From an uncultured Candidatus Saccharibacteria bacterium (GTDB lineage Bacteria > Patescibacteriota > Saccharimonadia > Saccharimonadales > Saccharimonadaceae), in contig CAUOMC010000001.1 in NCBI GenBank assembly GCA_963456515.1, positions 1 through 33,775 on the forward strand: 33,775 nucleotides of DNA. Reading direction: 5' to 3'. A program made the position numbers and the translations under genes. Below the pieces are notes generated by a model, which was not told the DNA's origin, did not search any database, and was given only the letters and a program-made list of their open reading frames with translations. Within the stretch, counting starts at the first letter, position 1; each line of letters begins with the position of its first letter. Positions 1 through 8,059 of this stretch are shown here, piece after piece.

Positions 1-148
1 CACGTGGTAGTTTATGCGGTGCCAAGCCTGAGGAGACCACCTGTACTACTCGTATACCATGGAGCATGCGTATAGGGAAATTACAGACTTCGTCCTGAGT
101 CACAGGTCTGAATATGACTAGCCCTCTTTTCCCACCAGGGACTGCGTA

Positions 149-1645
149 CTATTTCAGCTTTTGACGTAGGATCTTTTGGGCGAGGGCGGGGTTGGCTTGA
201 CCTTTGGATTGCTTCATGACTTGACCGACCAAGAAACCGATCACCTTATCTTGTCCTGACTTAAAGTCAGCCACCGCCTTAGCGCAACCCGGCGCAGCAA
301 TTACTTGATCAACGATCGCTTCAATCGCCCCCTCGTCACTGACCTGCAACAGATGCTTTGACTCAGCGACCGCCAGCGGATCTGCATCAGTCTGTAATAT
401 CTCGGCGAAGATCTCTTTACCGGCCGTCGACGACACCTCATTACCATTGAGCATCTGAGCCAGTTTGATCAGATGAGCAACAGACGGCAGATGGTCCAGC
501 TCACCGGACGCAGTCTCGTCGTCGCCACTTGGCAGACAACTGGCGAACAGATTGGCGACCCGCCGAGCCGCCGCCTCGCCTGACTGGTCCAGGACATCGC
601 TAATGACAACGGCAACCTGCCGATGCGACAGCAATACTCGCACCACCGAGTCATCAAGCTTGAGCCGAATAAACCTCGCCCGATAATCAGCGGGCATTAA
701 CGGGAAGTCAGCTTGCATCTCGGCGATATCTGCTTCGGTTAAGACGACCGGTGGGATATCGTCGTCGGGCATATAGCGATAATCTTGGGCATTTTCCTTA
801 CTTCGTTCCCCAAAAGTTTTCCCCTCCGCTTCTGACCAGCCTCTGGTCTGCTGTTTGATCAATTGCCCGCTCTTCAGGACGCTAATTTGCCGACGGATCT
901 CGTAATCGGTAGCTCGTTCAACTGCTCGAAATGAGTTCAGGTTCTTAAGCTCGGTTCTAGTCCCTAACTGATCGCCCGGCTTCGCCACTGAGATATTGAC
1001 ATCGAAACGCATATTGCCGTGATATAGGTCGCCGATGGTCACATCAGCATAGGTCATCAGTAGATGAAGCTCCTCCGTATAAGCCCGTGCCATACTAGCC
1101 GAGTGAATATCCGGCTCGGCAACAATCTCGATCAATGGAGTGCCGGCTCGGTTCAGATCAACTAACGAGTAGCTACCTAGATGAGTTAGTTTTCCGGCAT
1201 CTTCTTCAACATGAGCGTGGTGAATCCGCACTTGCTCACCGCTAGGTAGCTCAACCAGCCCGCCGATGATAAGAGGCTGATACATCTGAGATATCTGATA
1301 ACCCTTAGGTAGGTCGGGGTAGAAATAATGCTTACGGTCAAAACGGCTCTCATGAGCGATCCGACTACCTAGTGCCTTACCGGCTCGCACCGCCTTGACG
1401 ATAGCCCCTCGGTTTAATACCGGCAGCATTCCCGGCAGAGCATAGTCAATCACGCTGACCTTACTATTTGGCTCCGCCTCCCGAGCGTCATTATCGGTGG
1501 CACTAAAGAGCTTGGTGACAGTATTTAGCTGGACGTGACACTCTATGCCAATAGTCGGCAAGTAGCCATCCACCAGATAACGATTAACTTCGCCATCAAT
1601 TCTACTGCCATGTTCACCGGCACTACCTAATACATCTTTCGTCAT
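149..1645 (-). CDS. gatB: Asp/Glu-tRNA amidotransferase subunit B
   Basis: Motifs IGIECHVQL, FDRKHYFYPDLPKGYQISQ, EEDAGK, DLNRAGTPLIEIV, DYRY and C-terminal GFLVGQVMK; lies downstream of gatC-gatA. Confidence 0.97.
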   Translation of the reverse strand: MTKDVLGSAGEHGSRIDGEVNRYLVDGYLPTIGIECHVQLNTVTKLFSATDNDAREAEPNSKVSVIDYALPGMLPVLNRGAIVKAVRAGKALGSRIAHESRFDRKHYFYPDLPKGYQISQMYQPLIIGGLVELPSGEQVRIHHAHVEEDAGKLTHLGSYSLVDLNRAGTPLIEIVAEPDIHSASMARAYTEELHLLMTYADVTIGDLYHGNMRFDVNISVAKPGDQLGTRTELKNLNSFRAVERATDYEIRRQISVLKSGQLIKQQTRGWSEAEGKTFGERSKENAQDYRYMPDDDIPPVVLTEADIAEMQADFPLMPADYRARFIRLKLDDSVVRVLLSHRQVAVVISDVLDQSGEAAARRVANLFASCLPSGDDETASGELDHLPSVAHLIKLAQMLNGNEVSSTAGKEIFAEILQTDADPLAVAESKHLLQVSDEGAIEAIVDQVIAAPGCAKAVADFKSGQDKVIGFLVGQVMKQSKGQANPALAQKILRQKLK

Positions 1646-1649
1646 CGCT

Positions 1650-2075
1650 TTATATCGCTCCTAAATCCCGCAGGGCTTTCTTATATATCGCCAGCATACG
1701 AGTGGCTACGGATTTATTGACCGAACCATTCACCTCTTGAGCAATCCGATTGCGCACTTTATGCGCCGCCCAAACTCCATTAATATCGCTAAATAGCTTA
1801 TTTGATTTCTTTAGTCGATCACCCATTGTCTGCCCCGCCACTCCGCTCTCTCGTAGCGCTTTGTCCAGTAGCTTATCGGCACTGAGAATGGCGAATTGAT
1901 ACGAGGCTAAGTTATTTCTATCGATATTATTATCAATCTCCAGCCAGGCAGTCCGATACCGTTCTTTATTGAGAACTTTGCCATGACCTCTAGTCAAAGC
2001 AATGATCGCTAGGAGCACACCACCGACAACCGCCACGATAGCTATCATGATCGCAGTCGAAAATGCGTTAGGCAT
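1650..2075 (-). CDS. Membrane-anchored protein with a HEPN/DUF4145-like domain
   Basis: Likely start is the ATG at 2075, overlapping the gatA stop (the ORF track extends to 2135). N-terminal TM helix, then ADKLLDKAL...GQTMGDRLK...VWAAHKVRNRIAQE, which resembles a family I recall from CPR genomes. Confidence 0.7.
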   Translation of the reverse strand: MPNAFSTAIMIAIVAVVGGVLLAIIALTRGHGKVLNKERYRTAWLEIDNNIDRNNLASYQFAILSADKLLDKALRESGVAGQTMGDRLKKSNKLFSDINGVWAAHKVRNRIAQEVNGSVNKSVATRMLAIYKKALRDLGAI

Positions 2076-3480
2076 CGTCTGCCTCCAGTTGCTTCGCCAT
2101 AGCAAGTAAGCCGGCGTCCGCCTTGACCGGAGCAATCAGCTGTACCCCGATCGGCAGACCTGCTTTGCTACGACCGTTTGGTACAGATATAGCAGGTAAA
2201 CCGGCCAGCGAAGCAGGCACGGTCATGGCATCCGCCAGATACATCTTGAGCGGATCGTGAGTATTCTCGCCCAACTTAAAAGCCGGTGTCGGTGAGACCG
2301 GCGAGAGCAGGAAATCGTAGCTCTCAAATAGCTTGTCCAGCTGCCTGATCAGAAGTGTACGAGCCTGCTGCGCCTTAAGGTAATACGCATCATAATAGCC
2401 GCTAGATAGCACATAAGAGCCGATCATGATGCGACGTTTGTTCTCCGGCATCAGCCCATCGTCTCGGCTCATACCGTAGACATCATCCAGCCGATGCGCC
2501 TCAGGCGAGCGTTCGCCATAACGGATACCATCATAGCGAGCCATATTCGACGACAGTTCAGCAGGTATCACTATGTAGTAGATCGCTAGGGCATATTGCG
2601 CCATCGGCAGCTTCACTAAGTCCACCCGGTGTCCCGACTCACGTAAACGCTGCGCCAATTGGTTGGTCCGGCTAGCTACGTCATCATCAACCCCCTCGCC
2701 GATGAAGTCATCGATCAGACCGATACGCTGCCCGCCAGGAGACTCAGTTAGCGGAGAAAAATACCTGGGGTAGACCGTACTATCTCGCTGATCTTGACCG
2801 GCTAAGATATCAGCTATGATCTCACTATCCCGCACCGTCCGAGTTATCGGACCGACCGTATCGGTCGAGCTAGCCATTGCCACTACGCCATAACGGCTAA
2901 TCATACCATAAGTTGGTTTATAGCCCACCACACCGTTAAAGCTGGCCGGCTGACGGATTGACCCTCCGGTATCCGACCCCAGGGCAAAAGGCACAATGCC
3001 ACTAGCCACCGCCACCGCTGAGCCGCCCGAGGAGCCGCCTGCCACTCGCCTCTTATCAATGGCATTATGAGTCGGGCCGAAAGCGCTATTCTCGGTCGAC
3101 CCGCCATGAGCAAAGGCATCCAGGTTCGCCTTACCGATCATTATGGCATCCTCAGCCTCGATTCGCTCAATCGCCGTGGCATCAATTGGCGATCGAAAGT
3201 TATCCAGCATTTTACTGGCAGCTGTCGTGTGACCGACCTTAGTCAGGAAATTGTCCTTAGCTACGTACGGTACTCCGGCTAGCCTCCCCACGGGCTCACC
3301 CTTTTTAATCCTGACATCAAGCTGATCGGCTCGGGCCAGTGCCTGCTCGGCACAAACCTCCAGCAGACAGTGCAACTCATCTCGCTCCCCAGCTTGAGCT
3401 AGCGCCCGCTCTACCTCTGCCCTGGCTGAGGTGCGACCGGATTTAACGTCAGCTACAATTCGTTCTATCTCGCTCTTCAT
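2068..3480 (-). CDS. gatA: Asp/Glu-tRNA amidotransferase subunit A
   Basis: Amidase signature GGSSGGSA, GSDTGGSIRQPA and YDGIRYG; between gatC and gatB. Confidence 0.97.
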   Translation of the reverse strand: MKSEIERIVADVKSGRTSARAEVERALAQAGERDELHCLLEVCAEQALARADQLDVRIKKGEPVGRLAGVPYVAKDNFLTKVGHTTAASKMLDNFRSPIDATAIERIEAEDAIMIGKANLDAFAHGGSTENSAFGPTHNAIDKRRVAGGSSGGSAVAVASGIVPFALGSDTGGSIRQPASFNGVVGYKPTYGMISRYGVVAMASSTDTVGPITRTVRDSEIIADILAGQDQRDSTVYPRYFSPLTESPGGQRIGLIDDFIGEGVDDDVASRTNQLAQRLRESGHRVDLVKLPMAQYALAIYYIVIPAELSSNMARYDGIRYGERSPEAHRLDDVYGMSRDDGLMPENKRRIMIGSYVLSSGYYDAYYLKAQQARTLLIRQLDKLFESYDFLLSPVSPTPAFKLGENTHDPLKMYLADAMTVPASLAGLPAISVPNGRSKAGLPIGVQLIAPVKADAGLLAMAKQLEADDA

Positions 3481-3481
3481 C

Positions 3482-3766
3482 TTATAGCACCTTAGGGACT
3501 TTTACCTGACCATCTTCACTATCGGGCGCCAGTTGCAATAGCTCCCGTCGCTCCAGCTGGGGTTTGACTTCATCCGTCCGCCAGACATTCTCTAGCCCGG
3601 TTAGCTGAAAGGTCGGTTCGACTCCGGCGGTGTCCAGCTCGTCTAATTGATCTATATAGCCGACTATCCTATCAATATCACCGGCCAGCGAAGTCAGCTC
3701 AGCCTTACTCAGTCTAATATGACTTAGCTCCGCCAGACGGCGCACATCTTCTAAACTAACACTCAT
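3482..3766 (-). CDS. gatC: Asp/Glu-tRNA amidotransferase subunit C
   Basis: 94 aa; DVRRLAELSHI...VPKVL; immediately upstream of gatA. Confidence 0.95.
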   Translation of the reverse strand: MSVSLEDVRRLAELSHIRLSKAELTSLAGDIDRIVGYIDQLDELDTAGVEPTFQLTGLENVWRTDEVKPQLERRELLQLAPDSEDGQVKVPKVL

Positions 3767-3774
3767 CGCTCTTC

Positions 3775-3780
3775 ATTATA
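3775..3780 (-). promoter_or_regulatory. -10 element (TATAAT) of the gatCAB operon, 8 nt before the ATG
   Basis: Minus strand reads GTG-TATAAT-GAAGAGCG-ATG. Confidence 0.65.
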
Positions 3781-3819
3781 CACTCTTGCCGCCCAAAACT
3801 TGAGCTCTCGGAGAGCTAT

Positions 3820-4482
3820 CTACCTGGAGAGGGTGTTGACGTCGTAATAGTGCTGCATCAAGCTCTCGGTGCTGGTAGATGGAGTATGAGTCTTCACCAG
3901 TACAGCGATAGAAGCCAAGCTTAACCCGGCGATAGCCACTGATAAGACAATGATAGATAGCTGCGATGGCTTGAGCTCTGCCTTAACGAACTTACCGATC
4001 ATCACCTTAGCGCCAAATAGTCCGCCGGCTATACCGGACATGGGAATGATACCACCCAGTAAATTAGAGACCCATGGTGTATGCTCGTTGACTGACAGTA
4101 GCGACGCCAGCAAGATACCACAGGCCGCTACCGCTGCCAGACCGGCAAAAACCAAGCAAAACGATTGCCCGGCCTGACTAATCAGATGATAGCTCCGACT
4201 GTTGACCAGCATACCTGCATCCTTGGAAGCAACTATCTTACCAAGCGATAACTTAGCGACAACAGCCAGGAAAACCGACAGACACCCGCCCGTTACTATC
4301 GAAATAATACTCCCATTACCGAAAATGCTTAGTAGACTCGGTGCCGAGACGCCGGCATCAGCAAGTCTAGCGATGGCGCTGGTCAGAGTGAAAGCACCTA
4401 GACCCATCGATAGTATAGTTGCAATGACCGCTGTACCATACTGAATTATCAGCTCATTAGCTGTGGATTTCTTATCCTCCAT
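3820..4482 (-). CDS. Hypothetical multi-pass membrane protein (~5 TM)
   Basis: Several hydrophobic segments; the ATG at 4482 is preceded by GAGGAGG; TATAAT at 4527-4532. Confidence 0.75.
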   Translation of the reverse strand: MEDKKSTANELIIQYGTAVIATILSMGLGAFTLTSAIARLADAGVSAPSLLSIFGNGSIISIVTGGCLSVFLAVVAKLSLGKIVASKDAGMLVNSRSYHLISQAGQSFCLVFAGLAAVAACGILLASLLSVNEHTPWVSNLLGGIIPMSGIAGGLFGAKVMIGKFVKAELKPSQLSIIVLSVAIAGLSLASIAVLVKTHTPSTSTESLMQHYYDVNTLSR

Positions 4483-4627
4483 TATCCTCCTCACTACGGA
4501 TTACCCGTTAATTAGTTTATGGCTCTATTATACAGCTTGACTGACGCAAGACCAAACCTTGACCAATTGCGTGCTTATACTACTACACATCAAGTATCAG
4601 CCCAGTTCGCAGCAAGACAAACTCACA

Positions 4628-5425
4628 CTATTTCTTCTCTCGATACGTCGCTATAGCCTGCCGGGCAGCAGCCTGCTGAGCTTGTTGCTTGCTCGTACCG
4701 GTGCCCTTGCCCATTTCCCGACCGGCTACATAGACCCCAACGACAAAGGTCTTGTCGTGATCCGGACCGGACTCATCCAGCACTCGGTAGCTCGGCGTCT
4801 CATTATCAATTCGTTGCGATATCTCTTGCAGGTATGACTTGGCGTCACGCCAACTGCCGTCTCTCAAGATCTCGTCAACGTTAACTAAGATATGTTCCGA
4901 GATAAATTGGCTAGCCACCCGATAACCCTGGTCGAGATAGATCGCCCCGATCAGCGCTTCAAAGCAATTAGCCACTATATGCAGCTTGGCTTGTTCCGAT
5001 CCATCTCGCTCGCCTTTCGACATCCGTACCAGCGGCTCATAGCCAAGCTCATCACCGGCGTCACGGATTGATTCTGTCCGAACTAGAGCAGAGCGCCATG
5101 AGGTCAGCACCCCCTCCGGCATGTCAAAGCTACGAAAGAGATAGTCAGTCGTAGCCAGCTCCAATACTGCATCACCCAGAAACTCCAGTCGTTCATTATG
5201 AGCTTTTGCCACTCGCCGATGCTCATTAACATAGCTCCGATGAGTCAAAGCGGTGACCAGTAGGGATGGATTACTAAAGACAAAGCCTAGTTTAGCCTGC
5301 GCCCAAGCTTGGTAAGGAGCGAAATCAACCCCCTCCACGATCGGTACTACCGGTGTACCGGCTGCACGATGCGTAAACTCCATTCCGACCGCTCTTTTCT
5401 GGCGGCGATTTCTAGTCCTGCTCAT
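4628..5425 (-). CDS. rnc: Ribonuclease III
   Basis: ALTHRS, NERLEFLGDAVL, FEALIGAIYLD and a C-terminal dsRBD (GPDHDKTF). Confidence 0.97.
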   Translation of the reverse strand: MSRTRNRRQKRAVGMEFTHRAAGTPVVPIVEGVDFAPYQAWAQAKLGFVFSNPSLLVTALTHRSYVNEHRRVAKAHNERLEFLGDAVLELATTDYLFRSFDMPEGVLTSWRSALVRTESIRDAGDELGYEPLVRMSKGERDGSEQAKLHIVANCFEALIGAIYLDQGYRVASQFISEHILVNVDEILRDGSWRDAKSYLQEISQRIDNETPSYRVLDESGPDHDKTFVVGVYVAGREMGKGTGTSKQQAQQAAARQAIATYREKK

Positions 5426-6149
5426 TTAATTCCCCTCTCTGTACCAAGCGACGTCGCCCCAGCCGAATTAGCTTAGCGATATCTCGATAAGCGATAGCAT
5501 TGACCGCCTCGTCATAGCTAAACCATTTGATACCATTCATCCAATCCTCTTTTTTAATTTGGTCAGTATCGCCCAATGCTTTGAATAGATATATCTGAGT
5601 GCTCATGAGTACTAAGATATTCTCTCGTCGATAGCGAAAATGGATCTTACCCAGCCAGCAAATAGGATCAAGCTGGTAGACACCCGCTTCCTCACCAATC
5701 TCTCGAATCGCCGCTTCTTGAGCCGTCTCACCTTCCTCAATATGACCTTTAGGAATGGTCCAACGGTCAAAATGATCAGCGACCAGCAGAATCTCCAACT
5801 CACCAGCCTTGCTGAAACGATATATAACCCCGCCGGCAGTTGCCTCTCGAGATATCTCAGAGATGGTACTGTGGCTACCATTCTTGGTAATTACCTTCTG
5901 CAAATTGCCCCGCACCAGTGGCTTGGAAGCTAAACTGGTCTGACTCAGTGGGATGTCCCGTCGAACCTTAGCGACGGGCTTGGCTGACGCCTGCTCAGCA
6001 GTAGCTCGCTTCTTTAGCCACGCCGCCCGGCGACATCGATTGCGAGTCTGACCGGTACTACGCCGGCTGGACACCGACTCGCTAGCTCTAGGCGAACTCT
6101 TATTTCGTCTCTTGCGAAGACGTTTGTTTTGGTTGCTTGCTTTGCTCAT
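5412..6149 (-). CDS. NUDIX hydrolase (Ap4A-hydrolase-like) with a long basic N-terminal extension
   Basis: Nudix box WTIPKGHIEEGETAQEAAIREIGEEAG; likely start is the ATG at 6149 after GAGGAG (the ORF track starts at 6194). Confidence 0.88.
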   Translation of the reverse strand: MSKASNQNKRLRKRRNKSSPRASESVSSRRSTGQTRNRCRRAAWLKKRATAEQASAKPVAKVRRDIPLSQTSLASKPLVRGNLQKVITKNGSHSTISEISREATAGGVIYRFSKAGELEILLVADHFDRWTIPKGHIEEGETAQEAAIREIGEEAGVYQLDPICWLGKIHFRYRRENILVLMSTQIYLFKALGDTDQIKKEDWMNGIKWFSYDEAVNAIAYRDIAKLIRLGRRRLVQRGELNEQD

Positions 6150-6585
6150 CTCTCTCCTCGTTGATCTTGCGCCAAATGGTACCCAGTACACCATTAACGA
6201 AGCGAGAAGAGCTATCCGAACTAAAGGACTTAGCTAACTCAACCGCCTCGTTGATCGCCACCTTAGGTGGGATATCACCGGCAAACTGAGTTAGTTCAAA
6301 TACCGCCATCCGCATGATATCTCGATCAATGATGGAGATCTGGCTAAGCGGCCAGTCCGGCGCTACCGGAGCAATCATAGCATCCAGCTGGCGGCCGGCC
6401 CGATTGACCCCGACCGTTAACTTGCGGACAAAGTCCTTATCGTCGATCTTTTTCTCGTAGCGTTCCAGATTGCGATCCAGAATGCTCTCCAGATCAATCG
6501 ACTCGTCACCCAGTCTATCTCGAAAGTCGTATTCATAAAGTGTCTGCAGTGCAATAATCCTACCTAAATGCCGATTACTAGCCAT
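6100..6585 (-). CDS. nusB: Transcription antitermination factor NusB
   Basis: RHLGRIIALQTLYE, DRDIMR, PPKVAINEAVELAK, FVNGVLG. Confidence 0.96.
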   Translation of the reverse strand: MASNRHLGRIIALQTLYEYDFRDRLGDESIDLESILDRNLERYEKKIDDKDFVRKLTVGVNRAGRQLDAMIAPVAPDWPLSQISIIDRDIMRMAVFELTQFAGDIPPKVAINEAVELAKSFSSDSSSRFVNGVLGTIWRKINEERDEQSKQPKQTSSQETK

Positions 6586-6617
6586 CTTGTTTTCTCCCGC
6601 CTCATCAAGTTATTTTG

Positions 6618-6767
6618 CTACTTTAGCGCAGCTTTGCCGGTGTCGTTCTTGGTCGTGACAGCTTTGATCGGCGACTTAGCGTTCACTCGGCGAGCTAGCT
6701 TAAGTAGCAGATGACTACGACGATTGCCAGTCCGACGAGGGCTGGTCTGCTTCTTTGGCTTACCCAT
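6618..6767 (-). CDS. rpmF: 50S ribosomal protein L32 (49 aa, missing from the ORF track)
   Basis: Manual translation MGKPKKQTSPRRTGNRRSHLLLKLARRVNAKSPIKAVTTKNDTGKAALK*; PKK.TS..R...RRSH motif; upstream AAGGAG; directly upstream of nusB. Confidence 0.9.
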   Translation of the reverse strand: MGKPKKQTSPRRTGNRRSHLLLKLARRVNAKSPIKAVTTKNDTGKAALK

Positions 6768-6864
6768 TTACTTATCTCTCCTTCTTTGTGATAAATTATT
6801 TACATCTTATCAGCAGTTAGGCATTTTAGCAAGTTGCCAAAGTGCATTGCTGATGCTCTGGTGA

Positions 6865-6893
6865 TTGATTATACCTCCAGGATACGCTAAGAT
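6865..6893 (+). promoter_or_regulatory. sigma70-type promoter of the 6903 ORF
   Basis: TTGATT-17 nt-TAAGAT, 9 nt before the ATG. Confidence 0.55.
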
Positions 6894-6902
6894 TGAGCCA
6901 AG

Positions 6903-7253
6903 ATGAGACAACCGAATTATCCAAGTAGTCAAAGCGATAGCCTAAATGAGCGTAATCACGACACTGATAATATTGCCGAGCAAGAATTGTGCGAGTACGA
7001 CGCTGAATACCTGTATCACAAGAATGCCTGCCGACATAAGAAGCAACTGGAGGCGGTACGCCGGCAACAATACCAACGAGAATACTTCGATCAGATAGAC
7101 AGCGACCGAGCCAAGCAGAGACGCCGACGGAGAATAGTCGTAGGGATATCTGCCGCTATCATAGGGCAATTATTACTGAGCAGCCCTTTCTCCTGCTCCG
7201 CCCCTAGCAATAACTACCGGACTGAAGAGAGCACTACCAGCCAATCGCCTTAG
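6903..7253 (+). CDS. Hypothetical single-TM protein
   Basis: Charged N-terminus, RRRRRIVVG followed by a hydrophobic segment, short Ser/Thr tail; has its own promoter. Confidence 0.6.
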   Translation: MRQPNYPSSQSDSLNERNHDTDNIAEQELCEYDAEYLYHKNACRHKKQLEAVRRQQYQREYFDQIDSDRAKQRRRRRIVVGISAAIIGQLLLSSPFSCSAPSNNYRTEESTTSQSP

Positions 7254-7332
7254 CACCGCCCACTTCTCACCGACTCCTGCGAAGACAAATAGCAAGACAA
7301 GATAATATCTATATTAGAGCCACCTACCCCTA

Positions 7333-7361
7333 TTGACATAGACCGTCCTGCATGTTACTGT
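7333..7361 (+). promoter_or_regulatory. sigma70-type promoter of the 7372 ORF
   Basis: TTGACA-17 nt-TACTGT, 10 nt before the ATG. Confidence 0.65.
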
Positions 7362-7371
7362 ATCAACTACT

Positions 7372-7980
7372 ATGGAACGAAGACATCATCGAGGCAACTA
7401 TTCGTTGCCCCCGGAAGACACTATGGATTGGGATGCCGACCGAGTAGCCGGCTCCAATACGCCCAAAACAGTACGACGTCGAGATTATGATCGCACCAAC
7501 AGCGATCCTTATAGCGATGAAGAAATTAGCCTAATAAGGGAATGTCGTGAGAGAAATAGAGAGCGAGAGTTGCTGAGTCGACGAGAAGCAATCAGAAGCG
7601 CTAAGCGTATCGTAGTCGGAGGTGTTGCTACGATTATCGCCCTTAAGGGCGCTTTCGAACTCACGAAAATCGCTGTAGACAAGATAGATGAAGCATATTG
7701 GGCGGAGCGACCGTTCCATGATAGTGGCGAAATAATGACCCTAGAGTGGGGCGAAACTTGGCTCAATAAGATGTATATACCGGTTGCCAATAAGTATAAG
7801 AATATCTCCGTCGAAGATGTTGAGTACGCCTCCAAACAGCTCAACAAAGACTACGACGAGAAAGGCATAGATGTCAACGGCAAGCCCTCTAAGGGCTCCG
7901 GCAATACCGATCTTGCCGGATCAAGTAAGCGTGTACCGGCCTTTGATGTGGAGCTAGCGGACAATTCTGACAGGAACTAG
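7372..7980 (+). CDS. Hypothetical single-TM protein with a possible degenerate LysM-like segment
   Basis: KRIVVG-TM, then TLEWGETW..IPVANKYKNISVEDVEYASKQLN; has its own promoter and terminator. Confidence 0.7.
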   Translation: MERRHHRGNYSLPPEDTMDWDADRVAGSNTPKTVRRRDYDRTNSDPYSDEEISLIRECRERNRERELLSRREAIRSAKRIVVGGVATIIALKGAFELTKIAVDKIDEAYWAERPFHDSGEIMTLEWGETWLNKMYIPVANKYKNISVEDVEYASKQLNKDYDEKGIDVNGKPSKGSGNTDLAGSSKRVPAFDVELADNSDRN

Positions 7981-8012
7981 CTAGCTCCGGTCAGTACCCG
8001 GCAAACGACAAC

Positions 8013-8043
8013 ACCCCGACATCTCGTCGGGGTATTTTATTTA
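8013..8043 (+). terminator. Rho-independent terminator between the convergent 7372 ORF and leuS
   Basis: ACCCCGAC-ATCTC-GTCGGGGT followed by ATTTTATTT. Confidence 0.75.
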
Positions 8044-8059
8044 GTTTGACCTGAACACA

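Noticed and set aside
1..121. Possible frameshifted 3' end of a + strand gene (HVVVYAVPS / GDHLYYSYTMEHAYREITDFVLSH*), or TGA read-through
   Set aside because: Too little sequence to judge, and other frames are also open. TGA is a genuine stop elsewhere (murF, ligA, ogt, response regulator), so code 25 is not supported.
6816..6853. CIRCE-like inverted repeat TTAGCAA...TTGCTGA upstream of rpmF
   Set aside because: Spacing is off by one and the inner bases mismatch the consensus; divergent -35 elements explain it better.
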